Positions 10,365 through 19,851 of a stretch of 64,000 bases of DNA are shown in pieces. Positions within the stretch are counted from its first letter, which is position 1. The number at the start of each line of letters is the position of its first letter. The DNA is from Candidatus Latescibacterota bacterium (GTDB taxonomy: Bacteria > Latescibacterota > UBA2968 > GCA-2709665). The notes below the pieces were generated by a model that was not told the DNA's origin, did not search any database, and was given only the letters and a program-made list of their open reading frames with translations. The stretch is taken from NCBI GenBank assembly GCA_965237675.1, contig OZ250150.1, positions 1,600,001 through 1,664,000 on the forward strand, given 5' to 3'. Both the position numbers and the translations under genes were made by a program.

Positions 10365-11538
10365 TATTCTCGAAGATTCCCGCCGCGCCCATACCGCTGC
10401 CGATGCACATGGTACAGATGCCGTAGCGGATGTTGCGACGGATCATCTCATGCAGGAGGGTAGCGGTGAGTTTGGCGCCGGTGCAGCCCAGGGGGTGGCC
10501 GAGCGCGATGGCGCCGCCGTTGACATTGACGATGTCCTGGTTCAGGCCCAGTCTACGGACTACGGCGAGGGCCTGGGCGGCGAAGGCTTCGTTCAGTTCG
10601 ATCAGGCCGATATCATCCAGGGTGAGGCCCGTCTGGCGGAGCGCTTTCGGCACGGCCTCGGCGGGGCCGATGCCCATGTATTCCGGCGCCACGCCGGCCA
10701 CGGCATAACCGGCAAGCCGCGCGATGGGTTCCACCTGGAGTTCTCTGGCCGCCCGTTCGCTCATAACCACCGTTGCGGCCGCGCCGTCCGATACCTGGGA
10801 GGCATTCCCCGCCGTGACGGAGCCGCCAACGCGGAAGACCGGCCTGAGGCGGGCAAGGGCTTCGGCGCTGGTGTCCGCGCGAGGCCCTTCGTCCGCCCTG
10901 AACGTCGTCTCGGTGGATGTAGCCCGGCCATTGTCGTACACGGTGTCCACCACGTGCATCGGTACGATCTCGTCATGAAAACGGCCTTCCCCGGCGGCGG
11001 ACAGCGCCCGCTGATGGGAACGCAGGGCAAAGTCGTCCTGTTCCTCCCGGGAGATGTTTTCGCTTTCCGCCAGATTTTCAGCTGTGTTTCCCATGTCGAT
11101 GTAGAGGTCCGGGTTGTCCCGCGTGATGTCGGGGTCGGGCATGAAGTGGTTTCCGCCCATGGGTACGAGGCTCATGGATTCGGCGCCGCCGGCGACGATG
11201 ACGTCGGCCTGACCGGCGGAGATCGCCTGGTGGGCCATCGCGATCGATTGCAGGCCGGAGGCGCAGAAGCGGTTGATGGTGACCCCGGGTACCGTATCGG
11301 GCAGGCCCGCTTTCTGGGCGACAACGCGACCGAGAACCATCCCCTGTTGCGCTTCCGGAAATGCGCAGCCGACGATGACGTCGTCGATACGTTCGGGCCC
11401 GAGGCCGTCGACCCGGGCAATGGCCCCGTTGACGGCGGCCGCACCCATGGTTTCGGGGCGGACGTTGCGCAGGGCCCCTCTCTTGGCTTTGCCGACGGCG
11501 GTGCGGACGCTGCTGACGATGCAGGCTTCGTTGATCAT
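10339..11538 (-). CDS. fadA: Acetyl-CoA C-acyltransferase (thiolase)
   Basis: [35 protein letters not shown]. Start taken at MINEAC after a GAGG RBS. Confidence 0.93.
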   Translation of the reverse strand: MINEACIVSSVRTAVGKAKRGALRNVRPETMGAAAVNGAIARVDGLGPERIDDVIVGCAFPEAQQGMVLGRVVAQKAGLPDTVPGVTINRFCASGLQSIAMAHQAISAGQADVIVAGGAESMSLVPMGGNHFMPDPDITRDNPDLYIDMGNTAENLAESENISREEQDDFALRSHQRALSAAGEGRFHDEIVPMHVVDTVYDNGRATSTETTFRADEGPRADTSAEALARLRPVFRVGGSVTAGNASQVSDGAAATVVMSERAARELQVEPIARLAGYAVAGVAPEYMGIGPAEAVPKALRQTGLTLDDIGLIELNEAFAAQALAVVRRLGLNQDIVNVNGGAIALGHPLGCTGAKLTATLLHEMIRRNIRYGICTMCIGSGMGAAGIFENIVSYPKNI

Positions 11539-11593
11539 GTCGGATTCGCCCTCTTCTCCCGTGTGACGTCCGGCGGACCGAATTGCGCCAGGG

Positions 11594-13948
11594 TTAATTT
11601 CGAAGGGGTCTGTTGTTTCGAAGGATGCTGTAGATCCGTTCCCGTGTCTTCTTCTCGCCCGTAAGGGCGACAAAGACTTCGCGCTCCAGTTCGAGGAGGT
11701 AGTCTTCGTGGACGTTCGCGGGGCCGGTGAGGTCTCCGCCGGTGAGCACGTAGGCGAACCGGTTGGCCAGGTATCGGTCGTATTCGGTGATGAAACCCGA
11801 GCGGAGCATGCTGTAGGTTGTCACCTCGAACCGGGCGCGAGCCGGTTGGCCGAGAACTCTGACGGCATTGCGAACCGGGGGCGGCGCGTATCCCTGGTTG
11901 GAAAGACGCAGGACTTCCTGCCTGGCGGCGTGGAGCCGGTGATCCTGGTTCATGACAATCGGCGCGCCAGCCGGCAGAAACCCGTACTCTACCGCCTGGT
12001 GAGCGCTGTTGGATACCTTTGCCATGGCCACCGTTTCGAAGGCCCTTGTCAGAAAGGGCTGGATGTGGCTGTCATACTCGGACGAAGCGCGCTCGTGTGA
12101 CAGCGCCGCCATGCGCATGGTGCCGCATCCACCCGGGATGAGCCCCACCGCCAGTTCGACAAGACCGATGTAGGATTCCGCCGCGGCCACGGGGCTGGCG
12201 CAGGCCAGCGTGAGTTCGCATCCGCCGCCGAGGACGCGGCCGTGGGTGGCAACCACGACGGGTTTTGCGGAATAGTGGACACGCTGGATCATTTGTTGGA
12301 AATTGACCAGGAGGCGGTCCATCAGGTCGAAACGGTTCTGTTCCGCGTGCGTGACCATTTCCTGCAGATTGGCGCCCACGGAGAAGTTCTTGCCCTCGTT
12401 GCAGATGACCAGCCCGCGGTAATTCCCCTGTTCGACGATGTCGACCGCGTCGATGAGTCCGCGTACGAGTTGTTCGCCCATGGAATTTGCCTTGGAGCGG
12501 TATTCGAAGAGGGCGATGTCCTCTCCGAGGTCGAGCAGAACGGCTTCTTCGTTCTGCCACCGGACGTGCTGTTTATCCGAGCGGATGGCGGGCGCGGAGA
12601 ATTCGTCGGTCGTCCCGGATTCCCGCGTGTATCCGCGGTCGGGCAGATAGACCCGTGACCGGTCGCGGAATCCGGAGGCGCCGGCTCTGGACATGGTTTC
12701 GACCCAGCCGGGAAGGGCGATGTTCTCGGCTGCCATGTCCTCGAGGACGGTATCGAACCCCACGGCGTCCCACATTTCAAACGGTCCAACCTCCCAGCCG
12801 AATCCCCAGCGAAGGGCGCGATCGATGTCGGCCGGATTAGACGTGATTTCGGGGATGCGGCGTGCGCTGTATCCCAGCGTTTCGAGGAGGTGCTTCCGGA
12901 AGAAGGCTCCGGCCCGCCCTTCGTGCGCGTAAAGGTCGCGGAGTCGCCGGGAAAGGTCTCTCTGTTTCCGAATCGGTTCGAGATCGCCCAGGTTCTGTTT
13001 TCCGGGAGGTTCATAGGCGCGGGTTTCCGGGTTGAACGAGAGGATGTTCCGCCCCTCTTTTTTGTAAAAGCCCCTGCCCGCCTTGGCGCCGGTGGCCCCA
13101 TCTTCGACCAGGAGTGTTACGAGTTCGGGAATCCGAAACTGGTCCCTGCTTTCGTCGTTTGGCAGGGCGTCGTGGAGGTAACCGGCAACGTGCGCGAGGG
13201 TGTCCAGCCCGACGACGTCGGCGGTTCTGAACGTGGCGGACCTGGGACGTCCCAGCATGGGGCCCGTGAGGGCGTCTATTTCCTCGATCGTGTAACCGCC
13301 CTCCGTAAAGGCGCGGATACACTGAATCATCGCGTACACGCCGATGCGGTTGCCAATGAAGCCGGGCGCGTCGTTTGCAACGACGATGCCCTTGCCCAGC
13401 CGTACGCGCCCGAACCAGGAAATACGGTCGACGACGGCAGGATCGGTTTCGGGATGGGGAATGAGTTCAAGGAGCTTGAGGTAGCGCGGCGGGTTGAAGA
13501 AGTGCGTGCCGAGGAAGCGTCTCTTGAAGTCCGAAGACCGTTCGTGTGCGATCCGGTGGATCGGAATGCCACTGGTGTTCGTCGAAATTACGGCCTGTCT
13601 GTTCGCGGCGGCTTCCACGCGCGCCATAATCTGTCGCTTGACGTCCGGGTTCTCGACAACGGCTTCGATGATCCAGTCCGCTTCAGACGTGCGGTGAAAG
13701 TCGTCCTCGATGTTTCCGGGAGTGATGCGGCGGGCCGTCCCTTCCGTAAAAAGGGGATCCGGGCTGATACGCCGGAGTCCTTTAAGCGCCCCCTCGACAA
13801 TGGCGTTTCTGTTTCTTCCGTTGCCCGGAATATCCAGCAGGTGTACGGACAGCCCGGCGTTGGCCAGGTGGGCGGCAATTTGCGATCCCATGACACCCGC
13901 GCCCAGAACTGCGGCGGTGCGGAACGGAAGATGTGCTGCCGGATGCAT
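11594..13948 (-). CDS. 3-hydroxyacyl-CoA dehydrogenase / enoyl-CoA hydratase fusion (FadN-like)
   Basis: LGAGVMGSQIA, STNTSGIP, GTHFFNPPRY; C-terminal crotonase motifs LGGGCE and GLVE..VGLIPGG.G. Confidence 0.92.
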   Translation of the reverse strand: MHPAAHLPFRTAAVLGAGVMGSQIAAHLANAGLSVHLLDIPGNGRNRNAIVEGALKGLRRISPDPLFTEGTARRITPGNIEDDFHRTSEADWIIEAVVENPDVKRQIMARVEAAANRQAVISTNTSGIPIHRIAHERSSDFKRRFLGTHFFNPPRYLKLLELIPHPETDPAVVDRISWFGRVRLGKGIVVANDAPGFIGNRIGVYAMIQCIRAFTEGGYTIEEIDALTGPMLGRPRSATFRTADVVGLDTLAHVAGYLHDALPNDESRDQFRIPELVTLLVEDGATGAKAGRGFYKKEGRNILSFNPETRAYEPPGKQNLGDLEPIRKQRDLSRRLRDLYAHEGRAGAFFRKHLLETLGYSARRIPEITSNPADIDRALRWGFGWEVGPFEMWDAVGFDTVLEDMAAENIALPGWVETMSRAGASGFRDRSRVYLPDRGYTRESGTTDEFSAPAIRSDKQHVRWQNEEAVLLDLGEDIALFEYRSKANSMGEQLVRGLIDAVDIVEQGNYRGLVICNEGKNFSVGANLQEMVTHAEQNRFDLMDRLLVNFQQMIQRVHYSAKPVVVATHGRVLGGGCELTLACASPVAAAESYIGLVELAVGLIPGGCGTMRMAALSHERASSEYDSHIQPFLTRAFETVAMAKVSNSAHQAVEYGFLPAGAPIVMNQDHRLHAARQEVLRLSNQGYAPPPVRNAVRVLGQPARARFEVTTYSMLRSGFITEYDRYLANRFAYVLTGGDLTGPANVHEDYLLELEREVFVALTGEKKTRERIYSILRNNRPLRN

Positions 13949-14120
13949 TCTGTTTGACCTTTCCGAACGACGTCATGTGAACGTGTCGCGGGTCGGGGGA
14001 AGACACCGGGGCGGGAACGGCAAAGATGCGCACGTACTGTCCCCGGGAAAGGTACGGCACAATGGGTCCCCGATCAAGAACGTCCGAAAGGGGTTCCGGT
14101 TGGGAGACGGGCTGAACCGG

Positions 14121-14153
14121 CCTGCCTGTGCGGAAGACCTGCACGCAGACAGG
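14121..14153. repeat. CCTGCCTG...CAG(A/G)CAGG mini-hairpin (family C)
   Basis: CCTGCCTGTGCGGAAGACCTGCACGCAGACAGG; related copies at 34892-34927 and 45401-45433. Confidence 0.65.
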
Positions 14154-14187
14154 CGGCAGAAGGGCGACGTATTTCTGGAACAGGATA

Positions 14188-14670
14188 CTAAGGCGCCGTC
14201 TGGTCCTCGCCTGGAAACGGGCGGCCGGGGCCGAGGGATTCCATCACGGGCCGGATCCCCGGCCCGTGTTCGTATGTCATTCGACCTCCCGTATATCCGC
14301 TCAGGGCAACGAGAATTGCCGTTGCCGCCATACCCGCGAGATAGACGAAACGCACCGTTCCGGCGAACTTTCTCTTTAAGGTGAGGTGGGTGCGGACGAG
14401 GGCAAGTACGATGGCCAGCCATGTGGCGGCGGAGGAGATGGATTCGTGCTGCTCGAGCGCAGCGGCGATACCGGGGATATCGGCGGCCGTGTCCGCGGCG
14501 GCGTTCCCGCTCAGGGTGGCCGCGATCGCTGAGACGGCGCCCAGAACGAGGAGGAGGTAGCCGGCGTAAAGGAGGTGATCTCTGCGGAATAGTATGCCGG
14601 CGGCGTCGCAAAAGAAACCGACGGTGAGCAGGGCGACCGGAAAGTGGACGATAAACGGATGGAAGTCCAT
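14188..14670 (-). CDS. DUF2231-like membrane protein
   Basis: HPFIVHFPVALL N-terminus, four TM segments, GYTGGRMTYEHGPG C-terminus. Confidence 0.8.
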   Translation of the reverse strand: MDFHPFIVHFPVALLTVGFFCDAAGILFRRDHLLYAGYLLLVLGAVSAIAATLSGNAAADTAADIPGIAAALEQHESISSAATWLAIVLALVRTHLTLKRKFAGTVRFVYLAGMAATAILVALSGYTGGRMTYEHGPGIRPVMESLGPGRPFPGEDQTAP

Positions 14671-14700
14671 AGAAGCGGTTTTTGCCTGGGATTCGGGCGA

Positions 14701-15489
14701 TCAGCTCCAAGCGCCTTTTGCCATCATGCCGCCGTCTACGCAGACGTTTTCGCCGGTCATAAACGAGGCTTTTTCGCTGGCGAGGAACAGCACGGCCTGC
14801 GCGATGTCGGCGGGGGTTCCGATCCGGCCGATGGGATGGGACCGGCTCATCCGATGTCGATGTTCCCTCTCATCGCCCCCAATGGCCTTCAGGGCTTCGT
14901 CGACCAGCGGGGTATCGATGGTGCCGGGGCTGACGGCGAGCACACGTACATTGTCTTCGGCGTACTCCAGGGCAAGTTGTCGCGTCAGCGAGAGGATGCC
15001 GCCTTTGCTGGCGGCGGAGGCGCAGACGCCCTTGGTGGATTGCAGACCCTGGACGCTGGCCGTGTTTATGATGACGCCGCCTCCACGTTTTATCATCTCG
15101 GGGATGCAGTGTCTGGTCATCAGGAAGGCGCTTTTCAGGTTGACGTTCAGGATGTAGTCCCACGTTTCTTCGGGGAGTTCATGGGCGGGCAGGTAGCTGC
15201 TGGTAGGCTGGACGCCGACGTTGTTGCAGAGGATGTCCACGCCACCCCATTCTGAAACGACGGCCTGCGTGAGCGCTCGACAGGCGTTGTCCCTGGCGAC
15301 GTCCGCCTCCTGGAAGCGGATATGGCCGGGAAGAGAAGCGCATTCTGCGGCCAGGAGTTCGCCCGCTTTCGCATCCACGTCGGCGCAGAGCACACGGGCG
15401 CCCTCCCGGGCAAAAGCCCGACAGATCCCGCTGCCGATGCCCTTGGCGCCGCCGGTGACAATAACAACTTTGTTCTGAAATTCCGACAT
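14701..15489 (-). CDS. SDR-family oxidoreductase (catalytic YxxxK reads SxxxK)
   Basis: VTGGAKGIG, NNVG, TASV, ASAASKGG, PGTIDTP. Confidence 0.9.
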   Translation of the reverse strand: MSEFQNKVVIVTGGAKGIGSGICRAFAREGARVLCADVDAKAGELLAAECASLPGHIRFQEADVARDNACRALTQAVVSEWGGVDILCNNVGVQPTSSYLPAHELPEETWDYILNVNLKSAFLMTRHCIPEMIKRGGGVIINTASVQGLQSTKGVCASAASKGGILSLTRQLALEYAEDNVRVLAVSPGTIDTPLVDEALKAIGGDEREHRHRMSRSHPIGRIGTPADIAQAVLFLASEKASFMTGENVCVDGGMMAKGAWS

Positions 15490-15739
15490 GATACACTCCT
15501 GGTTCGAAACCGGTTACGGAAGCGTGCGGGCGGACAGGGACAATAAGTCAAAGCGGCCATCGGATGTCAACGATTAGGCGTTGTGCCATGGGCGGCGGCC
15601 GCCCGATATCCCGCTTTGCGCAAGCGACAACGGAGGGTCTTTGGGGCAGCCGTGGAGGGGCCCACCACGGCAGGATGTTTTTTTGCTGACAGAAAGCCGT
15701 TTTTTTGTTTTCTTGTAGAGGAACTCATTAGTGGGTCGC

Positions 15740-15795
15740 GTGTTCTGTCACTGAAATAGATTGCCGAATGGTGACATATTTCTGGGACAGAACAC
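15740..15795. mobile_element. MITE family A, internally deleted 56-bp copy
   Basis: GTGTTCTGTCACTGAAATA...TATTTCTGGGACAGAACAC, 19-bp inverted ends with 2 mismatches. Confidence 0.8.
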
Positions 15796-15818
15796 CAGTT
15801 ATCGGCAAAGGAGAAATC

Positions 15819-18605
15819 ATGAATCGGCGTCCGGCGGGATGGGTTGTTCTTGGTGTGCTGGTTGGCGGGTATTTCGGAATCAGTTTTTTGGTGTCGTACT
15901 ATACGGATTGGCTCTGGTTCAGGAGTCTGGAGTACGATTCGGTTTTCTGGCGGATCATTCGCGCCCGCTTCGGGTCGGGCCTGATTTTCGGTGCGATTGC
16001 GGCGGTCGTGGTGGGGGTAAACCTGTGGATTGCCGGACGGGTTACGCGGCGGGCGTTGCGGGTCGACGACGAGGCCGGTGGCATGTTGCAGTCCAGGAAA
16101 ACCTACCTTTTCATCGCGGCCGTGTTGGTGTTTGTCCTGGGCAACATCGGCGCCAGCCAGTGGCCGGTTCTGTTGCGGTACCTCTACGAACAGCCGTTCG
16201 GCGCCTCCGATCCGATTTTCAATCGGGAGGTGGGGTTTTATGTGTTTCAGTTGCCGTTTTACGATTTCGTTTCCGGGTTTCTGATTGCGGCGCTCGTGCT
16301 GGCGGCGCTGGTGGTGGTGGTGGTGTATGTGGTGGCGGGCGGCATCGGGTTCCGGGAGGGGCTCGAGGTGACTGAACGGCCCATGGCCCATCTTTCGGCA
16401 TTGGGCGGTGTATTTCTTCTGGCGCTGGCATGGAAGTACCGGCTGAAAATTTTCGGCCTGCTGTATTCGCAGGGGCGGTTTTTCGGAGCCGGTTACGTGG
16501 ATGTCAACGTTCAGATCTGGGCTTACTGGGTAATGGTAATTGTCTTTCTGGTGACGGCGGTGTTTCTGTTTATGAACGTCAGAGCGCGCAATACCCGGCT
16601 GCCGCTCAAGGGTATCGGTGTGCTGGTCGTCGGCACAATCGTCGTTGGGGCGATCCCCGCCACCGTGGTCCAGAAGCTGGTGGTGGAGCCGAGCGAACTT
16701 CGCCGGGAAGCCCCATATATCAAGTATAATATCGAGGCGACGAATCGGGCCTACGGGCTTGATCGGATCGAGGAACAGCCGTTCGAGGCTTCGGACGACC
16801 TGACGCTGGAGGATATTCGCGCCAACCCGCTGACGATGCGCAACATTCGGATCTGGGATGAGCGCCCCCTGAAACAGACTTATCAGCAGGTGCAGGAGAT
16901 CCGGCCGTACTACGTATTTCCGAATGTGGATGTGGACCGGTACACGGTGGATGGCGTCTACAGGCAGGTGATGCTGTCCGCCCGGGAACTGGATACGAAC
17001 CGGTTGCCCTCTCAGGCGAGGAACTGGGTCAACGAGCGTCTGCAGTATACCCACGGATACGGGGTGGCAATGAGCCCGGTCAACCACGTGAGCTCGGAGG
17101 GGCTGCCGGCATTCATGATAAAGGATATCCCGCCGATCGCGGATTCGGGGCTGGAGGTCGAGCAGCCCGAGGTTTATTACGGGGAGAGAACCTACGCTTA
17201 TGTGGTGGTAAAGACGGGGATTGAGGAATTCGACTACCCGAAGGGAGACGATAACCGGTATTCGACGTACCAGGGGCTGGGGGGCGTGCCCACGGGCAGC
17301 TTCTTCAATCGAATGGCGTTCGCCATTCGATTCTGGGACGTGAGCCTCCTGTTGAGCGGTTACATATTGCCTGAAAGCCGCATCATGTTCCGCCGGCAGA
17401 TTCGGGAGCGGGTTCAGACGCTGGTGCCCTTTCTCCTATACGATACCGATCCCTATATCGTGGTTTCCGAAGGCAGGCTTTTCTGGATTCAGGACGCGTA
17501 CACGATTTCGGATATGTATCCATATTCGACACGATCGGGGCGGATGCGGATCAACTACATCAGGAACTCGGTGAAGGTGGTGGTCGATGCCTATAACGGC
17601 ACGGTCACGTATTACCAGGTGGATACGGAAGACCCGTTGATTCGGTCCTATGGGGAGATGTTTCCGGGGCTGTTCCAGCCGATGTCCGCCATGCCGGAAG
17701 ATTTGAAGGCGCACGTGAGGTATCCGATCGACCTGTTTTTCCGACAGGCGGTTATGTACCGGAATTACCATATGGAAGACGTCAACGTCTTTTTCAACCA
17801 GGAGGATCTCTGGGAGGTCCCCAACGAGATCTACAGCGACCAGCCACAGGCAATGCTGCCTTACTATATTATCGTCAAGCTGCCGGGAGAGGACCGGGAG
17901 GAGTTTCTGCTGATGGTGCCGTTTACCCCGGCAAAGAGAGACAATATGATTGCGTGGCTCGCCGCGCGGTCGGATGGAGAAAATTACGGGCATCTGCTGG
18001 TGTACAAACTGCCCAAAGACAAGCTGATCTACGGCCCGATGCAGATCGAGGCCCGGGTGGATCAGCAGCCGGAGATCTCCAGCCGGTTGACGTTGTGGGG
18101 GCAGCGGGGGTCGGAGGTGATCCGGGGGAACCTGCTGGCGATTCCGGTGGAGCGGTCGTTCATCTATGTCGAACCGATCTATCTGCAGGCCAGGCAGGAG
18201 CCCGAACAGCAGGGGTACGGGCAGGAGGGAGAGGGCTTCCCCGGGGCGCAGGGCGGCGGATCCCCGCCGAGGCGCCAGCAGGAACGCAGTTCGGCGATTC
18301 CGGAGTTGAAGCAGGTGATTGTCGCATTCGGCGGACGGGTGGTGATGCGGAATACGTTCGAAGAGGCACTTACAGTCCTGTTCGGGGCGGGGTCCGGCGC
18401 CGTCTTCACCGCGAGTGAGGAGGAAATACCGACGCCTTCCGTTGCCTTGGAGACGGGGCGGTCGGCGTCCGAACTGGCGGCGCAGGCGGAAACGCACTAT
18501 TCCCGGGTCAGAACGGCGCTGCAGCAGTGGGACTGGGAACAGGCTGGGAAGGAGATGAAGGCGCTGGAGGAGGCGATCAGGGCGCTGAAGGAAGAGTTGA
18601 AATAG
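15819..18605 (+). CDS. UPF0182-family membrane protein
   Basis: YTDWLWF.SL.Y..VFW, DPIFNREVGFYVFQLP, IRIWD.RPL, YTHGYG, NYIRNSVK, VIRGNLL, YVEPIYLQ; GGAG RBS before the ATG at 15819. Confidence 0.93.
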   Translation: MNRRPAGWVVLGVLVGGYFGISFLVSYYTDWLWFRSLEYDSVFWRIIRARFGSGLIFGAIAAVVVGVNLWIAGRVTRRALRVDDEAGGMLQSRKTYLFIAAVLVFVLGNIGASQWPVLLRYLYEQPFGASDPIFNREVGFYVFQLPFYDFVSGFLIAALVLAALVVVVVYVVAGGIGFREGLEVTERPMAHLSALGGVFLLALAWKYRLKIFGLLYSQGRFFGAGYVDVNVQIWAYWVMVIVFLVTAVFLFMNVRARNTRLPLKGIGVLVVGTIVVGAIPATVVQKLVVEPSELRREAPYIKYNIEATNRAYGLDRIEEQPFEASDDLTLEDIRANPLTMRNIRIWDERPLKQTYQQVQEIRPYYVFPNVDVDRYTVDGVYRQVMLSARELDTNRLPSQARNWVNERLQYTHGYGVAMSPVNHVSSEGLPAFMIKDIPPIADSGLEVEQPEVYYGERTYAYVVVKTGIEEFDYPKGDDNRYSTYQGLGGVPTGSFFNRMAFAIRFWDVSLLLSGYILPESRIMFRRQIRERVQTLVPFLLYDTDPYIVVSEGRLFWIQDAYTISDMYPYSTRSGRMRINYIRNSVKVVVDAYNGTVTYYQVDTEDPLIRSYGEMFPGLFQPMSAMPEDLKAHVRYPIDLFFRQAVMYRNYHMEDVNVFFNQEDLWEVPNEIYSDQPQAMLPYYIIVKLPGEDREEFLLMVPFTPAKRDNMIAWLAARSDGENYGHLLVYKLPKDKLIYGPMQIEARVDQQPEISSRLTLWGQRGSEVIRGNLLAIPVERSFIYVEPIYLQARQEPEQQGYGQEGEGFPGAQGGGSPPRRQQERSSAIPELKQVIVAFGGRVVMRNTFEEALTVLFGAGSGAVFTASEEEIPTPSVALETGRSASELAAQAETHYSRVRTALQQWDWEQAGKEMKALEEAIRALKEELK

Positions 18606-18621
18606 AAGCCGGAAGGTCCTC

Positions 18622-18678
18622 GTGTTCTGTCCCGGAAATAGATTGCCTGAATGGTGACATATTTCTGGGACGGGACAC
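18622..18678. mobile_element. MITE family A, internally deleted 57-bp copy
   Basis: GTGTTCTGTCCCGGAAATAGATTGCC...GGTGACATATTTCTGGGACGGGACAC. Confidence 0.8.
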
Positions 18679-18715
18679 TTTAGGGCGGGGTTCCATTTCT
18701 GTGAAGGATCTGCGG

Positions 18716-19690
18716 ATGGCGGTGAAGGTTGGTTTTATCGGCGCGGGGAACATCTCGCGTGCGCATCGGCGGCATTTGAAGCACATCGACGCCGCGACGG
18801 TGGTGTCCATTTGCGACGTGGACGAGGCGAGGGCCGCCGAGGCGGCGGCGGAGTGGGATGCCAGGATATTCACGGACTACAAGTCCATGTTGAACGAGGT
18901 GGAGTTGGATGCGGTTTACATCTGCATCCCTCCCTTTGCGCACGAGATGCAGGAGATCCTGGCCGCGGAGAAAGGGATCGCGCTGTTTGTCGAGAAGCCG
19001 ATCGGCCTGGGCATGGATACGGCGCGGGAGGCGGATGCGGCCATCCGGGAACACGGCGTGATTTCGTGCGTGGGCTTCCAGGGTCGGTATCTGGACATTA
19101 TCGAGAAAACGCAGGATCTGCTTGCAAGCCGCCCGGTGGGGCTTGCGATCGGGTATTGGATGAGCGGGCTGCCGGGCACGTACTGGTGGCGGCGGAAGCA
19201 GATGTCCGGCGGGCAGGCCGTAGAGCAGACGGTTCACGTGACGGATATGGCCAGGTATCTGTTCGGTGACGTGAAAACGGTTTATGCCGGAGGCCGTACG
19301 GGTTTGATAACGGACGTGGAGGACTACGATATTGAAGACGCGAGCGCGGCCACCTTGATTTTTGAGAACGGAATGCTGGCGACGCTTTTTTCAGCCTGTT
19401 TCCTTTCGTGTGGGCATCGAGGCGGGCTGGATATCTACACGAAGGATATGGTCATCGAGTACAAGGAGCGGAAATCGATTACGGTTGTGCAGGCGGATCG
19501 GTCCGAGTGTATCCATGTTGGAAACGACTACTGGCAGGAAATGGATAACGCGTTTATTGAGGCGGTGCGCACCGGTGACGGATCGAAACTGCGTTGTCCG
19601 TACTCGGATGCCGTGAAGACCCAACAGGTGGTTATGGCGGTGAACCGGTCGCTCGAGACGGGCGAACCGGTATCGGTTGCGGAAATTTGA
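18716..19690 (+). CDS. Gfo/Idh/MocA-family oxidoreductase
   Basis: VGFIGAGNI, VEKP, SGGQAVEQTVH..D. Confidence 0.9.
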   Translation: MAVKVGFIGAGNISRAHRRHLKHIDAATVVSICDVDEARAAEAAAEWDARIFTDYKSMLNEVELDAVYICIPPFAHEMQEILAAEKGIALFVEKPIGLGMDTAREADAAIREHGVISCVGFQGRYLDIIEKTQDLLASRPVGLAIGYWMSGLPGTYWWRRKQMSGGQAVEQTVHVTDMARYLFGDVKTVYAGGRTGLITDVEDYDIEDASAATLIFENGMLATLFSACFLSCGHRGGLDIYTKDMVIEYKERKSITVVQADRSECIHVGNDYWQEMDNAFIEAVRTGDGSKLRCPYSDAVKTQQVVMAVNRSLETGEPVSVAEI

Positions 19691-19800
19691 GACCTCCCGA
19701 TCGTCCGGTTTTGTGGATACGGTGACGCGTTCCACGCCGCATCGGGTTCCGACGCGGAATTCGGCCGGTTCGATTCGCCAGGTTATGACGTCTTCAAACG

Positions 19801-19835
19801 AAAAAGGGCGCTGCAAAAACCGCAGCGCCCTTTTT
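19801..19835. terminator. Bidirectional intrinsic terminator between convergent genes
   Basis: AAAAAGGGCGCTGC-AAAAACC-GCAGCGCCCTTTTT. Confidence 0.85.
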
Positions 19836-19851
19836 GTGCGGTTGTTCGCTG

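Noticed and set aside
8483-13957. Long + strand ORFs (8483-10012, 10201-11664, 12890-13957) opposite the beta-oxidation genes
   Set aside because: Antisense shadows of GC-rich coding sequence with no recognisable motifs. The same applies to 15567-17087, 19834-20826, 22509-24380, 31499-32737 and 45359-46531.
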